DNA of 32,198 nt from Pseudobdellovibrionaceae bacterium (lineage in GTDB: Bacteria; Bdellovibrionota; Bdellovibrionia; Bdellovibrionales; Bdellovibrionaceae): NCBI GenBank assembly GCA_044359815.1, contig JBIKLL010000026.1, forward strand, positions 1 to 32,198. The letters are read 5' to 3'. Shown here one piece after another: positions 8,164 through 16,731 of this stretch. The notes under the pieces were generated by a model, which saw only the letters and a list, made by a program, of their open reading frames with translations, was not told the origin of the DNA and searched no databases. Position 1 is the first letter of the stretch. The number at the start of each line of letters is the position of its first letter. Made by a program: the position numbers and the translations under genes.

Positions 8164-9435
8164 ATGAAATCAGAAGAATTATTTGAACGAAGTCAAAAGA
8201 TCGCACCCGGCGGAGTGCATTCACCAGTCAGATCATTTAAGGGATTGGATCGCAGTCCTGTGTTTTTTCAATCGGCAAAAGGCGCTTACCTGACATCGGT
8301 CGAAGGTAAAAACTATATTGATTTTTGCCAAAGCTTTGGCCCATTGATTTTAGGTCACAGGGATGACGATGTTCAAAATGAAGTTATCAAAATGATCAAC
8401 ACAGCTTGGTCGTTTGGGGCCTGTGAGCCTTATTCATTGGAGCTTGCCGAGTGGTTAACGCAAAATATTTCGTTTGTTGAAAAGGTTCGATTTGTCAGTT
8501 CTGGTACCGAAGCCACAATGAGCGCCATCAGATTGGCCAGGGCTTTTACAGGTAAAAGCAAAATTTTAAAATTCGATGGCTGCTACCATGGTCACGCCGA
8601 TTCCTTGTTAGTAAAAGCCGGCAGCGGGTTAGCAGGGGTGACCTCATCCAGCAGTGCTGGTGTGCCTGAAGCCATTGCCCAAACCACGGTGATAGCAAAA
8701 CTGGATGATGAAGCTGATTTTGAAAATGTATTTAAAACTCATTTATCAGATTTAGCGGCGGTAATTTTGGAACCACTGCCTGCAAACTATGGCTTGTTGA
8801 TTCAGCGAAAAGAATTTTTAAATCGGATCGCTGAGCTTTGTCGCAAAAACAATGTGCTGCTGATTTTTGATGAAGTCATTTCTGGATTCCGAGTGGGATT
8901 AGGCGGAATGGCCGGGGTATTGGATATCAAACCTGACTTGGTTTGCTATGGCAAAATCATGGGCGGGGGATTTCCTGTCGGGTGTTACGCAGGTCGGGCT
9001 CAGATTATGGATATGGTGGCACCCTTGGGACCAGTGTACCAAGCGGGAACCTTAAGCGCTAATCCTGTTGGGATGAGGGCTGGATTGGTCAGCCTGAAAA
9101 AAATGAAGGACATTAACGGCTGGCAAAAACTGAATGATCGCAGTCAGAAATTTTGCAAATCACTGAATGAGATTGTGGCAAAAATAGATTTAAACGTGGT
9201 TCAAGAGGCTTCGCTGTTTTGGGTCCATCAGCAAACGGGCTCAACAATCAGAAAGCTCGAGCAAATCCCCAGCAATCAATCGACTACATTTAGAAAGCTT
9301 TTTCTGGATTGTTTGGATATGGGGCTTTATTTAGCGCCTAACGCGTACGAGGTCGGTTTTCTGTCGATGGCCCACAGTGATAGCGTTTTGGATCAGTCGC
9401 TCGAGATTTTTAAAAAGGCTGTTGGCAAACACTAA
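8164..9435 (+). CDS. hemL: Glutamate-1-semialdehyde 2,1-aminomutase
   Basis: PGGVHSPVRSF, FVSSGTEATMSAIRLAR, FDGCYHGH, FDEVISGFR, GKIMGGGFP, QAGTLSANP. Confidence 0.97.
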   Translation: MKSEELFERSQKIAPGGVHSPVRSFKGLDRSPVFFQSAKGAYLTSVEGKNYIDFCQSFGPLILGHRDDDVQNEVIKMINTAWSFGACEPYSLELAEWLTQNISFVEKVRFVSSGTEATMSAIRLARAFTGKSKILKFDGCYHGHADSLLVKAGSGLAGVTSSSSAGVPEAIAQTTVIAKLDDEADFENVFKTHLSDLAAVILEPLPANYGLLIQRKEFLNRIAELCRKNNVLLIFDEVISGFRVGLGGMAGVLDIKPDLVCYGKIMGGGFPVGCYAGRAQIMDMVAPLGPVYQAGTLSANPVGMRAGLVSLKKMKDINGWQKLNDRSQKFCKSLNEIVAKIDLNVVQEASLFWVHQQTGSTIRKLEQIPSNQSTTFRKLFLDCLDMGLYLAPNAYEVGFLSMAHSDSVLDQSLEIFKKAVGKH

Positions 9436-9453
9436 CACAAGGATTTTTTTTCG

Positions 9454-10293
9454 GTGAAAAAGTATTGGCTGTATTTTTCGATGGTTTGGACAGTATTTAC
9501 TTTTTCACTGGTGACCTGGTGGTGGATTTACGCCTTTAACAGTGTCGAGCTGAATATCGCAGAAGACATCCTAAAGCGAAACAGAATGCTTTTTTGGGAA
9601 GGCAGTTTTTTGTTGGTCACGGTTTTGGTGGGTGGGTTTGTGCAAATGTTTTTTATTCACCGGGAACATCAGCTTAATCAAAAGCTTAAATTGTTTTTTT
9701 CAAATTTCTCTCATGATTTAAAAACTTCAATTTCCAGAATCAGATTGCAGGCAGATATTTTGCGCGAAGACCCCAGCTACACTCAAAACAAAACCATTAA
9801 CAGATTGGCCAAAGAAATTTCTAGCCTGGATTTGCTGTTGGAAAATTCGCTTAATGTCACCACCATTGATCAGTACCCGCTGATGCTGGAAACGGTTTCG
9901 TTTCAGCAAATGTTTGCTTATTTGAATGAGGAGTTCCCTGATTTAAAAATCAAGATTAATAAAAATATTTCGGTTCGTGCTGATAAAAGGGTGCTCTTGA
10001 GCGTGCTCAGAAACATTTGTGAAAACGCTGTCAGACACGGCAAAGCTCGCGAAGTTTCTTTTGAAGCCCAGGATCAAAACGAGCACATTGCAATTGCCAT
10101 CGAAAATGACGGAGTCAATGTGGCCAAGGATTTACAAAATTTGGGTAAAGAGCTTTTGCCATCGGGATCAGAGACTGGATATGGGATTGGATTGTTTATA
10201 TCAAAAAAGCTCACTGAAAAAATGCAGGGGACTTTGCATTTTGAAATCATCAATCAAAGGCTCAAACAAATTATGGTGTTAAAAAAAGCATGA
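9454..10293 (+). CDS. Sensor histidine kinase with two TM helices and a short extracytoplasmic loop (Leptospira HemK/Hklep-like)
   Basis: H-box SHDLKTSI, N-box NICENAVRHG, G-box GYGIGLFI; located inside the hem operon. Confidence 0.9.
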   Translation: MKKYWLYFSMVWTVFTFSLVTWWWIYAFNSVELNIAEDILKRNRMLFWEGSFLLVTVLVGGFVQMFFIHREHQLNQKLKLFFSNFSHDLKTSISRIRLQADILREDPSYTQNKTINRLAKEISSLDLLLENSLNVTTIDQYPLMLETVSFQQMFAYLNEEFPDLKIKINKNISVRADKRVLLSVLRNICENAVRHGKAREVSFEAQDQNEHIAIAIENDGVNVAKDLQNLGKELLPSGSETGYGIGLFISKKLTEKMQGTLHFEIINQRLKQIMVLKKA

Positions 10294-10973
10294 AAAACCT
10301 ATTATTGGTCGAAGACGATTTGTCGCTAGGTGAGTCTTTGTCAGAGCGATTATCAAAAGATTTTAATACAGTGTGGGTACAGACGGCACAGGGTGCGATC
10401 AAGGCAGCGCAGTCTCAGGAATTTGACATCGCTGTCTTGGATATAGGCTTACCTGACGGTTCGGGTATGGAAGTCGCTAAATATTTGCGCATCAATAGCA
10501 ATGCGGCCTTTGTGTTTTTAACAGCTCAAGCTGATGCTGAAACCAGATTGATGGGATTTGAAATAGGTGCTGATGAATTTATACCCAAGCCCTTTCATCT
10601 GAAAGAGCTTTTGCTCAGGCTTAAGCACGTTCAGGAAAATCATTTTAAAACCATGAAAATGGATCTGATCCATTCGAAAATTGATTTTGACCAAATGACA
10701 ATTACCAAAGCCGATGGGACTGTGACGCGACTGACATTGACTGAAAATAAGGTTTTAAAATTGCTGACAAAAAATATGAATAAAGTATTCTCTCGGGACG
10801 AAATTATGGACTTTGTCTGGGGCGCAGGGGCTGAGCTCAGTCACAGAACGATTGACAATATTGTTTTGAAAATCCGTTCTGGATTGTCTGAGGCCGAAGC
10901 AGCGATGATCAAGTCCGTGCGGGGTGTGGGTTATCAGTTTGTGAGTCAGAATTCTGAAGGGAATGAAAAATGA
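10290..10973 (+). CDS. OmpR/PhoB-family response regulator (HemR-like)
   Basis: LLVEDD, LDIGLPDGSG, FLTA, GADEFIPKPF; winged helix RTIDNIVLKIR...SVRGVGY. Confidence 0.93.
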   Translation: MKNLLLVEDDLSLGESLSERLSKDFNTVWVQTAQGAIKAAQSQEFDIAVLDIGLPDGSGMEVAKYLRINSNAAFVFLTAQADAETRLMGFEIGADEFIPKPFHLKELLLRLKHVQENHFKTMKMDLIHSKIDFDQMTITKADGTVTRLTLTENKVLKLLTKNMNKVFSRDEIMDFVWGAGAELSHRTIDNIVLKIRSGLSEAEAAMIKSVRGVGYQFVSQNSEGNEK

Positions 10974-11989
10974 ATATCAATTTCAAAAATGCCAGAAATC
11001 ATATACCTCAAAAAACTCCACCGATTTGGTTTATGCGGCAAGCAGGACGTTATCACAGACATTACCAGGGTATGAGATCAAAATATGATTTTAAAACCTT
11101 GTGTGTGCAGCCCGAGCTGGCCGCAGAGGTTGCCTTGGGACCGATTCAAGATTTTGATTTTGATGTGTCAATTTTGTTTAGCGATTTGTTGTTTCCATTG
11201 GAAGGTTTGGGTTTTGGATTGAATTATGGCGACAAGGGGCCTGAGCTAACCAAAGATTTGATGTTTGCAAAAAAACTGTCAAAAAAGGACATCCCAAAAG
11301 CCATCGAGTTTTTAGATTTTCAAGCAAAAGCTCTGCGGCTGACCCGCGAGGCTTTGCCAAAAACAAAAAGCCTGATTGGATTTGTTGGTGGTCCATGGAC
11401 ATTATTTGTCTATGCCTCAGAGGGACACCACGCTGGCGGATTGAAAAAAGCTAAGAGTGATTATTTTGTATTTAAAGATTTTTTTATATTGTTAAAAGAT
11501 TTGATGAAAGAAAATATCAGAATGCAATTGGCAGCAGGTGCTGAAGTCGTCATGATTTTTGATACCGCAGCTGGCGAGGTCAATCCTTTATTTTACCAGG
11601 CGGAAATCGAGCCTTCATTGATTGAACTGGCAAATGAATTTCCATATCGTGTTGGGTATTATTCAAAACAAACATTCCCTGAGTTTTTGTCACCAGCAAT
11701 GCGATCGGCTCATTGGGCAGGATTTGGGTTTGATCACAGGGTTAATTTGCCGACAGAATTTAAAAAATTTAACACAGGATTTTTGCAGGGAAATTTTGAT
11801 CAAAGTCTGTTGTTTTTGCCATCGGCGACTTTTGAAAAGGAACTTTATCGGTATTTGGCTCCGCTTAAAGAGTTATCAGTCGAGCAAAGATCAGGATGGG
11901 TGTGTGGATTAGGTCATGGGGTTTTGCCGATGACTCCTGAAGACAACGTCAGATCTTTTGTTGATATTGTCAGACGGGAGCTTTCGTGA
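10970..11989 (+). CDS. hemE: Uroporphyrinogen decarboxylase
   Basis: PPIWFMRQAGRY, ILFSDLL, LIGFVGGPWTL, QGNFD, LGHGVLP. Confidence 0.97.
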   Translation: MNINFKNARNHIPQKTPPIWFMRQAGRYHRHYQGMRSKYDFKTLCVQPELAAEVALGPIQDFDFDVSILFSDLLFPLEGLGFGLNYGDKGPELTKDLMFAKKLSKKDIPKAIEFLDFQAKALRLTREALPKTKSLIGFVGGPWTLFVYASEGHHAGGLKKAKSDYFVFKDFFILLKDLMKENIRMQLAAGAEVVMIFDTAAGEVNPLFYQAEIEPSLIELANEFPYRVGYYSKQTFPEFLSPAMRSAHWAGFGFDHRVNLPTEFKKFNTGFLQGNFDQSLLFLPSATFEKELYRYLAPLKELSVEQRSGWVCGLGHGVLPMTPEDNVRSFVDIVRRELS

Positions 11990-13332
11990 GCATGAAGTTT
12001 CTGGAAAAATACGACGTCCAAGTTCCCAGGTACACCAGTTACCCCACTGTGCCCAGTTGGAGTGTGACCCCCACTGTAGATCAATGGGTGGACAGTTTGA
12101 AAAATTCCTTACAGCCGGCTGAGGCTTCTTGGTCCATGTACGTTCACGTACCCTTTTGCGAAACACTTTGCACCTTTTGTGGATGCAACAATATCATTAC
12201 TAAAAACCATCAAGAGGAAATGCCATACATTTCGTATCTGAAAAAGGAACTGGATCTGTATTTTAAAAATCTGCCCTTGCTGCAGAAAAAACCTCTTAAA
12301 ATGATTCATTTTGGTGGGGGCACGCCGACATTTTTATCAGCCGAACATTTGCAAGAAATCGTAAAATATATTTTAGACAACGTGGTGATCGATAAAGAAC
12401 ATTTTGAAGGTTCCATTGAAGTCGATCCGCGCAGGACCTCTGAAATCCAATTAAAAGTTTTGCGTGATTTGGGATTTAACCGAGTCAGCTTGGGCGTGCA
12501 AGACATCAACGAACAGGTGCAAACATTGATCAACAGGGTTCAGCCCGTGGCGAAAACCAAACAGATCACTGATTGGGCCAGGTCTATGGGTTATGAATCC
12601 ATCAATTTTGATTTGATCTATGGCTTACCCATGCAAAGCACTGAACGTATGAAGGCGACCATCGAACAGACCATTGAGCTTGGCCCTGATCGCATTGCTT
12701 TTTACAGTTTTGCACTAGTCCCTTGGATTAAGCCTGCGCAAAGATTATTTAAGGACGAGGACCTTCCAGTCGGTGCTGAAAAAAGAGAGCTTTACGAAGT
12801 CGGACGGGAATTGTTTTTAAAAGCAGGTTACGTCGAAATCGGGATGGATCATTTTGCCAAACCCAGCGATGCATTGGCAAAAGCTCAAGCCCAAAAAAAG
12901 CTTCACAGAAATTTTATGGGCTACACCGATCAGTACACTGATGTTTTATTGGGGATTGGTGTCAGCAGCATTTCTGAATCCAAAACTATTTTTCACCAAA
13001 ACGAAAAGGTTTATGCAAAATACAAAGAGTCTTTGGATAAAGGAATATTGGCAACCCACAGGGGACATATTTTAAATTCACAAGATCAACTCAGGCGCAA
13101 ACAGATACTGGAATTTATCACGACCTATCAGACCACTGTGGCCAGCGAAGAAGTCCCCAACATCAAAGACCGATTGTCTGATATGATCCAAGACGGATTG
13201 GTTTCAGTGCAGGGAAATCAATTGAAGCTTCAGGAAAACGGCAGAGCGTTTTTAAGAAACGCCTGCAGTGCCTTGGATGAATATTACCAATCTAAAAAAA
13301 CTGAAAAGCCTACTTATTCAAAATCAATATGA
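11986..13332 (+). CDS. hemN: Oxygen-independent coproporphyrinogen III oxidase (radical SAM)
   Basis: PRYTSYPT, YVHVPFCETLCTFCGC, HFGGGTPT, DLIYGLP, IGMDHFA, LHRNFMGY. Confidence 0.97.
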   Translation: MSMKFLEKYDVQVPRYTSYPTVPSWSVTPTVDQWVDSLKNSLQPAEASWSMYVHVPFCETLCTFCGCNNIITKNHQEEMPYISYLKKELDLYFKNLPLLQKKPLKMIHFGGGTPTFLSAEHLQEIVKYILDNVVIDKEHFEGSIEVDPRRTSEIQLKVLRDLGFNRVSLGVQDINEQVQTLINRVQPVAKTKQITDWARSMGYESINFDLIYGLPMQSTERMKATIEQTIELGPDRIAFYSFALVPWIKPAQRLFKDEDLPVGAEKRELYEVGRELFLKAGYVEIGMDHFAKPSDALAKAQAQKKLHRNFMGYTDQYTDVLLGIGVSSISESKTIFHQNEKVYAKYKESLDKGILATHRGHILNSQDQLRRKQILEFITTYQTTVASEEVPNIKDRLSDMIQDGLVSVQGNQLKLQENGRAFLRNACSALDEYYQSKKTEKPTYSKSI

Positions 13333-14540
13333 AGGAAAAACCTAAAAAAGTTGCCATTATCGGTGGAGGATTTTCAGGTTTAAGTCTGGCCCTGTTGTTA
13401 GCGCAAAAGGGCCATCAGGTTACAATTTTTGAAAAAGAAAATTTGGGCGGAAAAATTTCTACCGAAAAACATGAGTATGGGATTTTTGAAACCGCTGCCA
13501 ACGGAATTATTTTAAATCAAAGGGTTGATGGGTTTTTAAAACAACTAGGTGTTTCAGCCATTTCAATGAGCAAAGACAGTCAGCGCCGATGGTTTTACCA
13601 TGGCTCCTTAAGCCGCTGGCCGTTGGGTGTGATTGAATCCTTTCAGTTAGCATTTAAAGTTATCACTAATTATTTTAAACGATCCATGGCCCCCATCGCT
13701 GGTGAATCGGTGCAGGTATGGGGGTATAGGGTTTTTGGTAAACCCTTTACCGACAAAGTCGTCGCCACCGGTTTACAGGGAATTTATGCAGGCAAAGCAG
13801 AACTGCTGTCGGCTGAAAAAATCGTGGGACGGTTTTTTAAAAAGGGCAAACAGAAATATTTAGGAACCGTCAGTTTCACTGGCGGCATGCAAGAGATGAT
13901 CAATGCCCTGGTTGAAAAATGCAAAACATTGAACGTTCAAATAGTTAAACAAGAATCCAGTTTGGATTTTGTTGCCAGAAATTTTAATCGCATAGTGGTT
14001 GCGACCTCAGCCCATGAGGCCAGCAAAATATTGTCAAATTCTGCGATGAATGAATTTAGAGCCGTGGGGCAAAGGCTTTCCCAGGTTGAAATGCTTCCGA
14101 TCGTGACCGTGCAATTAAAATTTTCTCAGTTTCCAGCTAGATATCGAGGATTTGGGATGCTGATAGGGCCACAGATGAATTTCAAAGCCATGGGTGTGTT
14201 GTTTTCCAGTTTTATATTTCCCCAACAACAAAATCATAAATATTTGGAAAATTGGATTTTGGGTGGGGCTTCGATGCCAGAAGTCACTCAGATGTCAGAA
14301 GACATTTTAGTGGAAACAATTTTATCTGAGCGGCAAAAGATTTTTGGCATCAGTGAAAAACCTCAGCAGATAAAATCCAAGGTTTGGCCCCAGGGTTTAC
14401 CGCATTACACACTTAAGCTTGAACAAATCATCAGCTCATTGCAGATTCCAAAGGGGCTTTATTTGCACGGTAATTATATTAACGGAATCGGGCTCAGCCA
14501 GATTCTGGAACGCAGTTACCAGATCGCCGAGGAAATTTGA
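13329..14540 (+). CDS. hemY: FAD-dependent protoporphyrinogen oxidase (HemY type)
   Basis: IIGGGFSGL, GLQGIYAG, SFTGGMQ, WPQGLPHY, GNYINGIGL; lies between hemN and hemH. Confidence 0.88.
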   Translation: MKEKPKKVAIIGGGFSGLSLALLLAQKGHQVTIFEKENLGGKISTEKHEYGIFETAANGIILNQRVDGFLKQLGVSAISMSKDSQRRWFYHGSLSRWPLGVIESFQLAFKVITNYFKRSMAPIAGESVQVWGYRVFGKPFTDKVVATGLQGIYAGKAELLSAEKIVGRFFKKGKQKYLGTVSFTGGMQEMINALVEKCKTLNVQIVKQESSLDFVARNFNRIVVATSAHEASKILSNSAMNEFRAVGQRLSQVEMLPIVTVQLKFSQFPARYRGFGMLIGPQMNFKAMGVLFSSFIFPQQQNHKYLENWILGGASMPEVTQMSEDILVETILSERQKIFGISEKPQQIKSKVWPQGLPHYTLKLEQIISSLQIPKGLYLHGNYINGIGLSQILERSYQIAEEI

Positions 14541-15532
14541 AAACAGCCATTGTATTTACCAATATTGGAACACCCAAATCACCAGCGGTGAAAGACGTCG
14601 CCAATTATCTTAATCAGTTTTTGATGGACCCAGGGGTGATTTCACTGCCTTTTTTGCTGAGATGGATTTTAGTGAAATTAATCATTGTGCCCCGAAGGGC
14701 CCCCATATCAGCTGGCAATTATCAAAGGATTTGGACGAAAGAGGGCTCGCCATTGATGGTGTATTCGAAAAATTTTTTAAGTAAGGTGCAAAAGCAATTG
14801 CCTAATAAGGCTATTTTTAAAATCGCAATGAATTTTGGTGAGCCCTCCATTGATTCGGTGTTGAGCGAACTGAAAGATCTAAAGATTGAAAAAATGATTT
14901 TGATCCCCATGTTTCCGCAATTTGCAAAAGCCACTACCCAGAGCACCATTGATTTGGTTAATGCGGCTCTGGGGAAATTAGGCAATCCCTTTAAGATGCA
15001 GATTTTTGGTGATTTCTTTGATCAGGATTTTTATTTGGATCCGATTTGTCAGATGATGAAAGAATATGATTTGCAAAGCTATGACAAGATTTTGTTTTCC
15101 TATCATGGTTTACCGATTTCTCAGGTCAAAGAAAATCCCAGTTGCCAGTTGACTCAAGTCTGTTGCCAGGGATCCAATCGTTGTTACCGTTCGCATTGTT
15201 ACAAAACCACTCAAAAATTAGTGCAGAAATTAGGAATCAGTTCAGATAAGGCTGTGATGACTTTTCAATCCCGACTGGGACGTAAAGAATGGCTTCAGCC
15301 CTACACCACTGATGTGATTAATGAATTGCCAAAACAGGGGCACAAAAAAATTCTGGTTGTGTCACCGGCATTTGTGGCCGATTGCTTGGAAACTCTGGAA
15401 GAAATTAATATTGGTTTGAAAGAGGATTTTTTAAAGGCAGGTGGGACCCGGTTTGAGCTAGTGCCCTGTTTAAATGATTTTGACCCCTGGGTTTCAGGAT
15501 TTTGTAACAATATTATTAGATTAATTGATTGA
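14537..15532 (+). CDS. hemH: Ferrochelatase with a Cys-rich internal insertion
   Basis: NIGTP, YLNQFLMD, GSPL, LFSYHGLP, FQSRLGRKEWLQP, FVADCLETLEE, VPCLND; TTG start overlaps the hemY stop. Confidence 0.97.
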   Translation: MKTAIVFTNIGTPKSPAVKDVANYLNQFLMDPGVISLPFLLRWILVKLIIVPRRAPISAGNYQRIWTKEGSPLMVYSKNFLSKVQKQLPNKAIFKIAMNFGEPSIDSVLSELKDLKIEKMILIPMFPQFAKATTQSTIDLVNAALGKLGNPFKMQIFGDFFDQDFYLDPICQMMKEYDLQSYDKILFSYHGLPISQVKENPSCQLTQVCCQGSNRCYRSHCYKTTQKLVQKLGISSDKAVMTFQSRLGRKEWLQPYTTDVINELPKQGHKKILVVSPAFVADCLETLEEINIGLKEDFLKAGGTRFELVPCLNDFDPWVSGFCNNIIRLID

Positions 15533-15722
15533 AATGGTGTCGATTCGGGTCCAAAATTTTGGCCAGAGGATTGCACAATACAGGATTGACTGTTGATTGA
15601 TAAGGTAATCGGGGAAATTTTGGCTCTGAAAGCTTTTTGGTCAATGGGGTTGTATTCAATAAAGTGCGTTTTTGATAAAAACAGCTTTATTAATGGAAAA
15701 ATAATTTAACCCTGGGGGGATT

Positions 15723-16619
15723 ATGAAAAATCTTATAAAATCAGCACTCATCATTTTAGCTATGACGGCCGCAGTTTTTGAAACACATGCCGATGATATT
15801 AGTGATGGCGAAATAGTTAATGGACCAGACAATACAAACGGCAAAAAGCAAAAGAAAATGCGAAAGGGCAGGGCTGAAAGACGGGGCAATGAGGATTCTG
15901 AGCGTCCTCGCAGAGCCCCCAGAGTTGGCAGACCCGAACAAGAAAGAGGCGGTGCTGAAAGGGAAGGCGCCAGAAACGGTTGCCCTGATGGAACTGTGCA
16001 AATCGCCATGGCCCCAGACAATATGTCGTTTTCTGTGATCTTTGATAAATTCTTGGCAGAAACCAAAGCTTCCGCCAATCAAAGAATGGCCAGGGTCGCT
16101 TGTCACGTTAGAGTTCCATTTGAAGTTCCAGATAACCAAAGAATCACGATCACAAATTTAGATTACCGAGGATTTGTCGCAATCCCTCAGGGCAGTGCCG
16201 CTGCACTAAGAGCTGGATACGCCTTTGACTGGAAGCCAAAAGGTCGCGGCAGAAATGGCCGCGATGATCGAGGCGGTGAAGATCGTCGTAATGAAGGTCG
16301 TAACCAAAGGGACAACAGAGATTTTTTTGCTATGGGTAAGCGTGGCCTGATGGTTAATTTTATTTACAAGGTTTTAGGCGGAGCCAACGGTGTGTCTGAG
16401 CCCTTTACTTTGTCGTCACAAGAAATGACCAATGATCAATTAGCGATGTCACAATGTGGTGGTGTTACAAACCTAAGACTGAACACCATGGTGCTAGTAA
16501 AAAGCAAAAGACCAACAGATGCTTTGATTACATTGGACAGTGTTGATGGCGTTGTCGGAACTGGAACAACGGCTCTGACTTATTTTATGAGATACGACAC
16601 CTGCGCTAGTGATCAGTAG
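15723..16619 (+). CDS. Secreted DUF4360-family protein with charged low-complexity insertions
   Basis: Signal peptide; GCPDGT...APD..SFSVIFDKF, C.V.V...VP, LDYRGF, SQCGG..NLRLNT, LDSVDG, terminal Cys. Confidence 0.8.
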   Translation: MKNLIKSALIILAMTAAVFETHADDISDGEIVNGPDNTNGKKQKKMRKGRAERRGNEDSERPRRAPRVGRPEQERGGAEREGARNGCPDGTVQIAMAPDNMSFSVIFDKFLAETKASANQRMARVACHVRVPFEVPDNQRITITNLDYRGFVAIPQGSAAALRAGYAFDWKPKGRGRNGRDDRGGEDRRNEGRNQRDNRDFFAMGKRGLMVNFIYKVLGGANGVSEPFTLSSQEMTNDQLAMSQCGGVTNLRLNTMVLVKSKRPTDALITLDSVDGVVGTGTTALTYFMRYDTCASDQ

Positions 16620-16623
16620 TCAC

Positions 16624-16676
16624 ACAAAAGCCAGCTATCTTGTCCAATAGGAACTGGACCTAAAGCTGGCATTTGT
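16624..16676. terminator. Stem-loop between convergent genes (terminator or stabiliser)
   Basis: Nested pairs ACAAA/TTTGT, GCCAGCT/AGCTGGC and GTCCA/TGGAC. Confidence 0.45.
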
Positions 16677-16731
16677 TTGCGGTTAGTTTGAATAAAAGAG
16701 CTACGCCATTAGGAAACCTAAATTTGGATGT

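Noticed and set aside
13329..15532. Coproporphyrin-dependent pathway (CgoX/CpfC/ChdC)
   Set aside because: A true hemN is in the operon and no chdC/hemQ is in the window, so the protoporphyrin route fits better.
15656..16139. Antisense ORFs of 140 and 127 aa over the DUF4360 gene, and similar short shadow ORFs throughout the window
   Set aside because: They lie largely or entirely within well-supported genes and have no motifs or RBS.
16620..16731. Immunity gene downstream of the 775-aa protein
   Set aside because: Only 112 bp separate it from the convergent DUF4360 gene, and no credible ORF is present.
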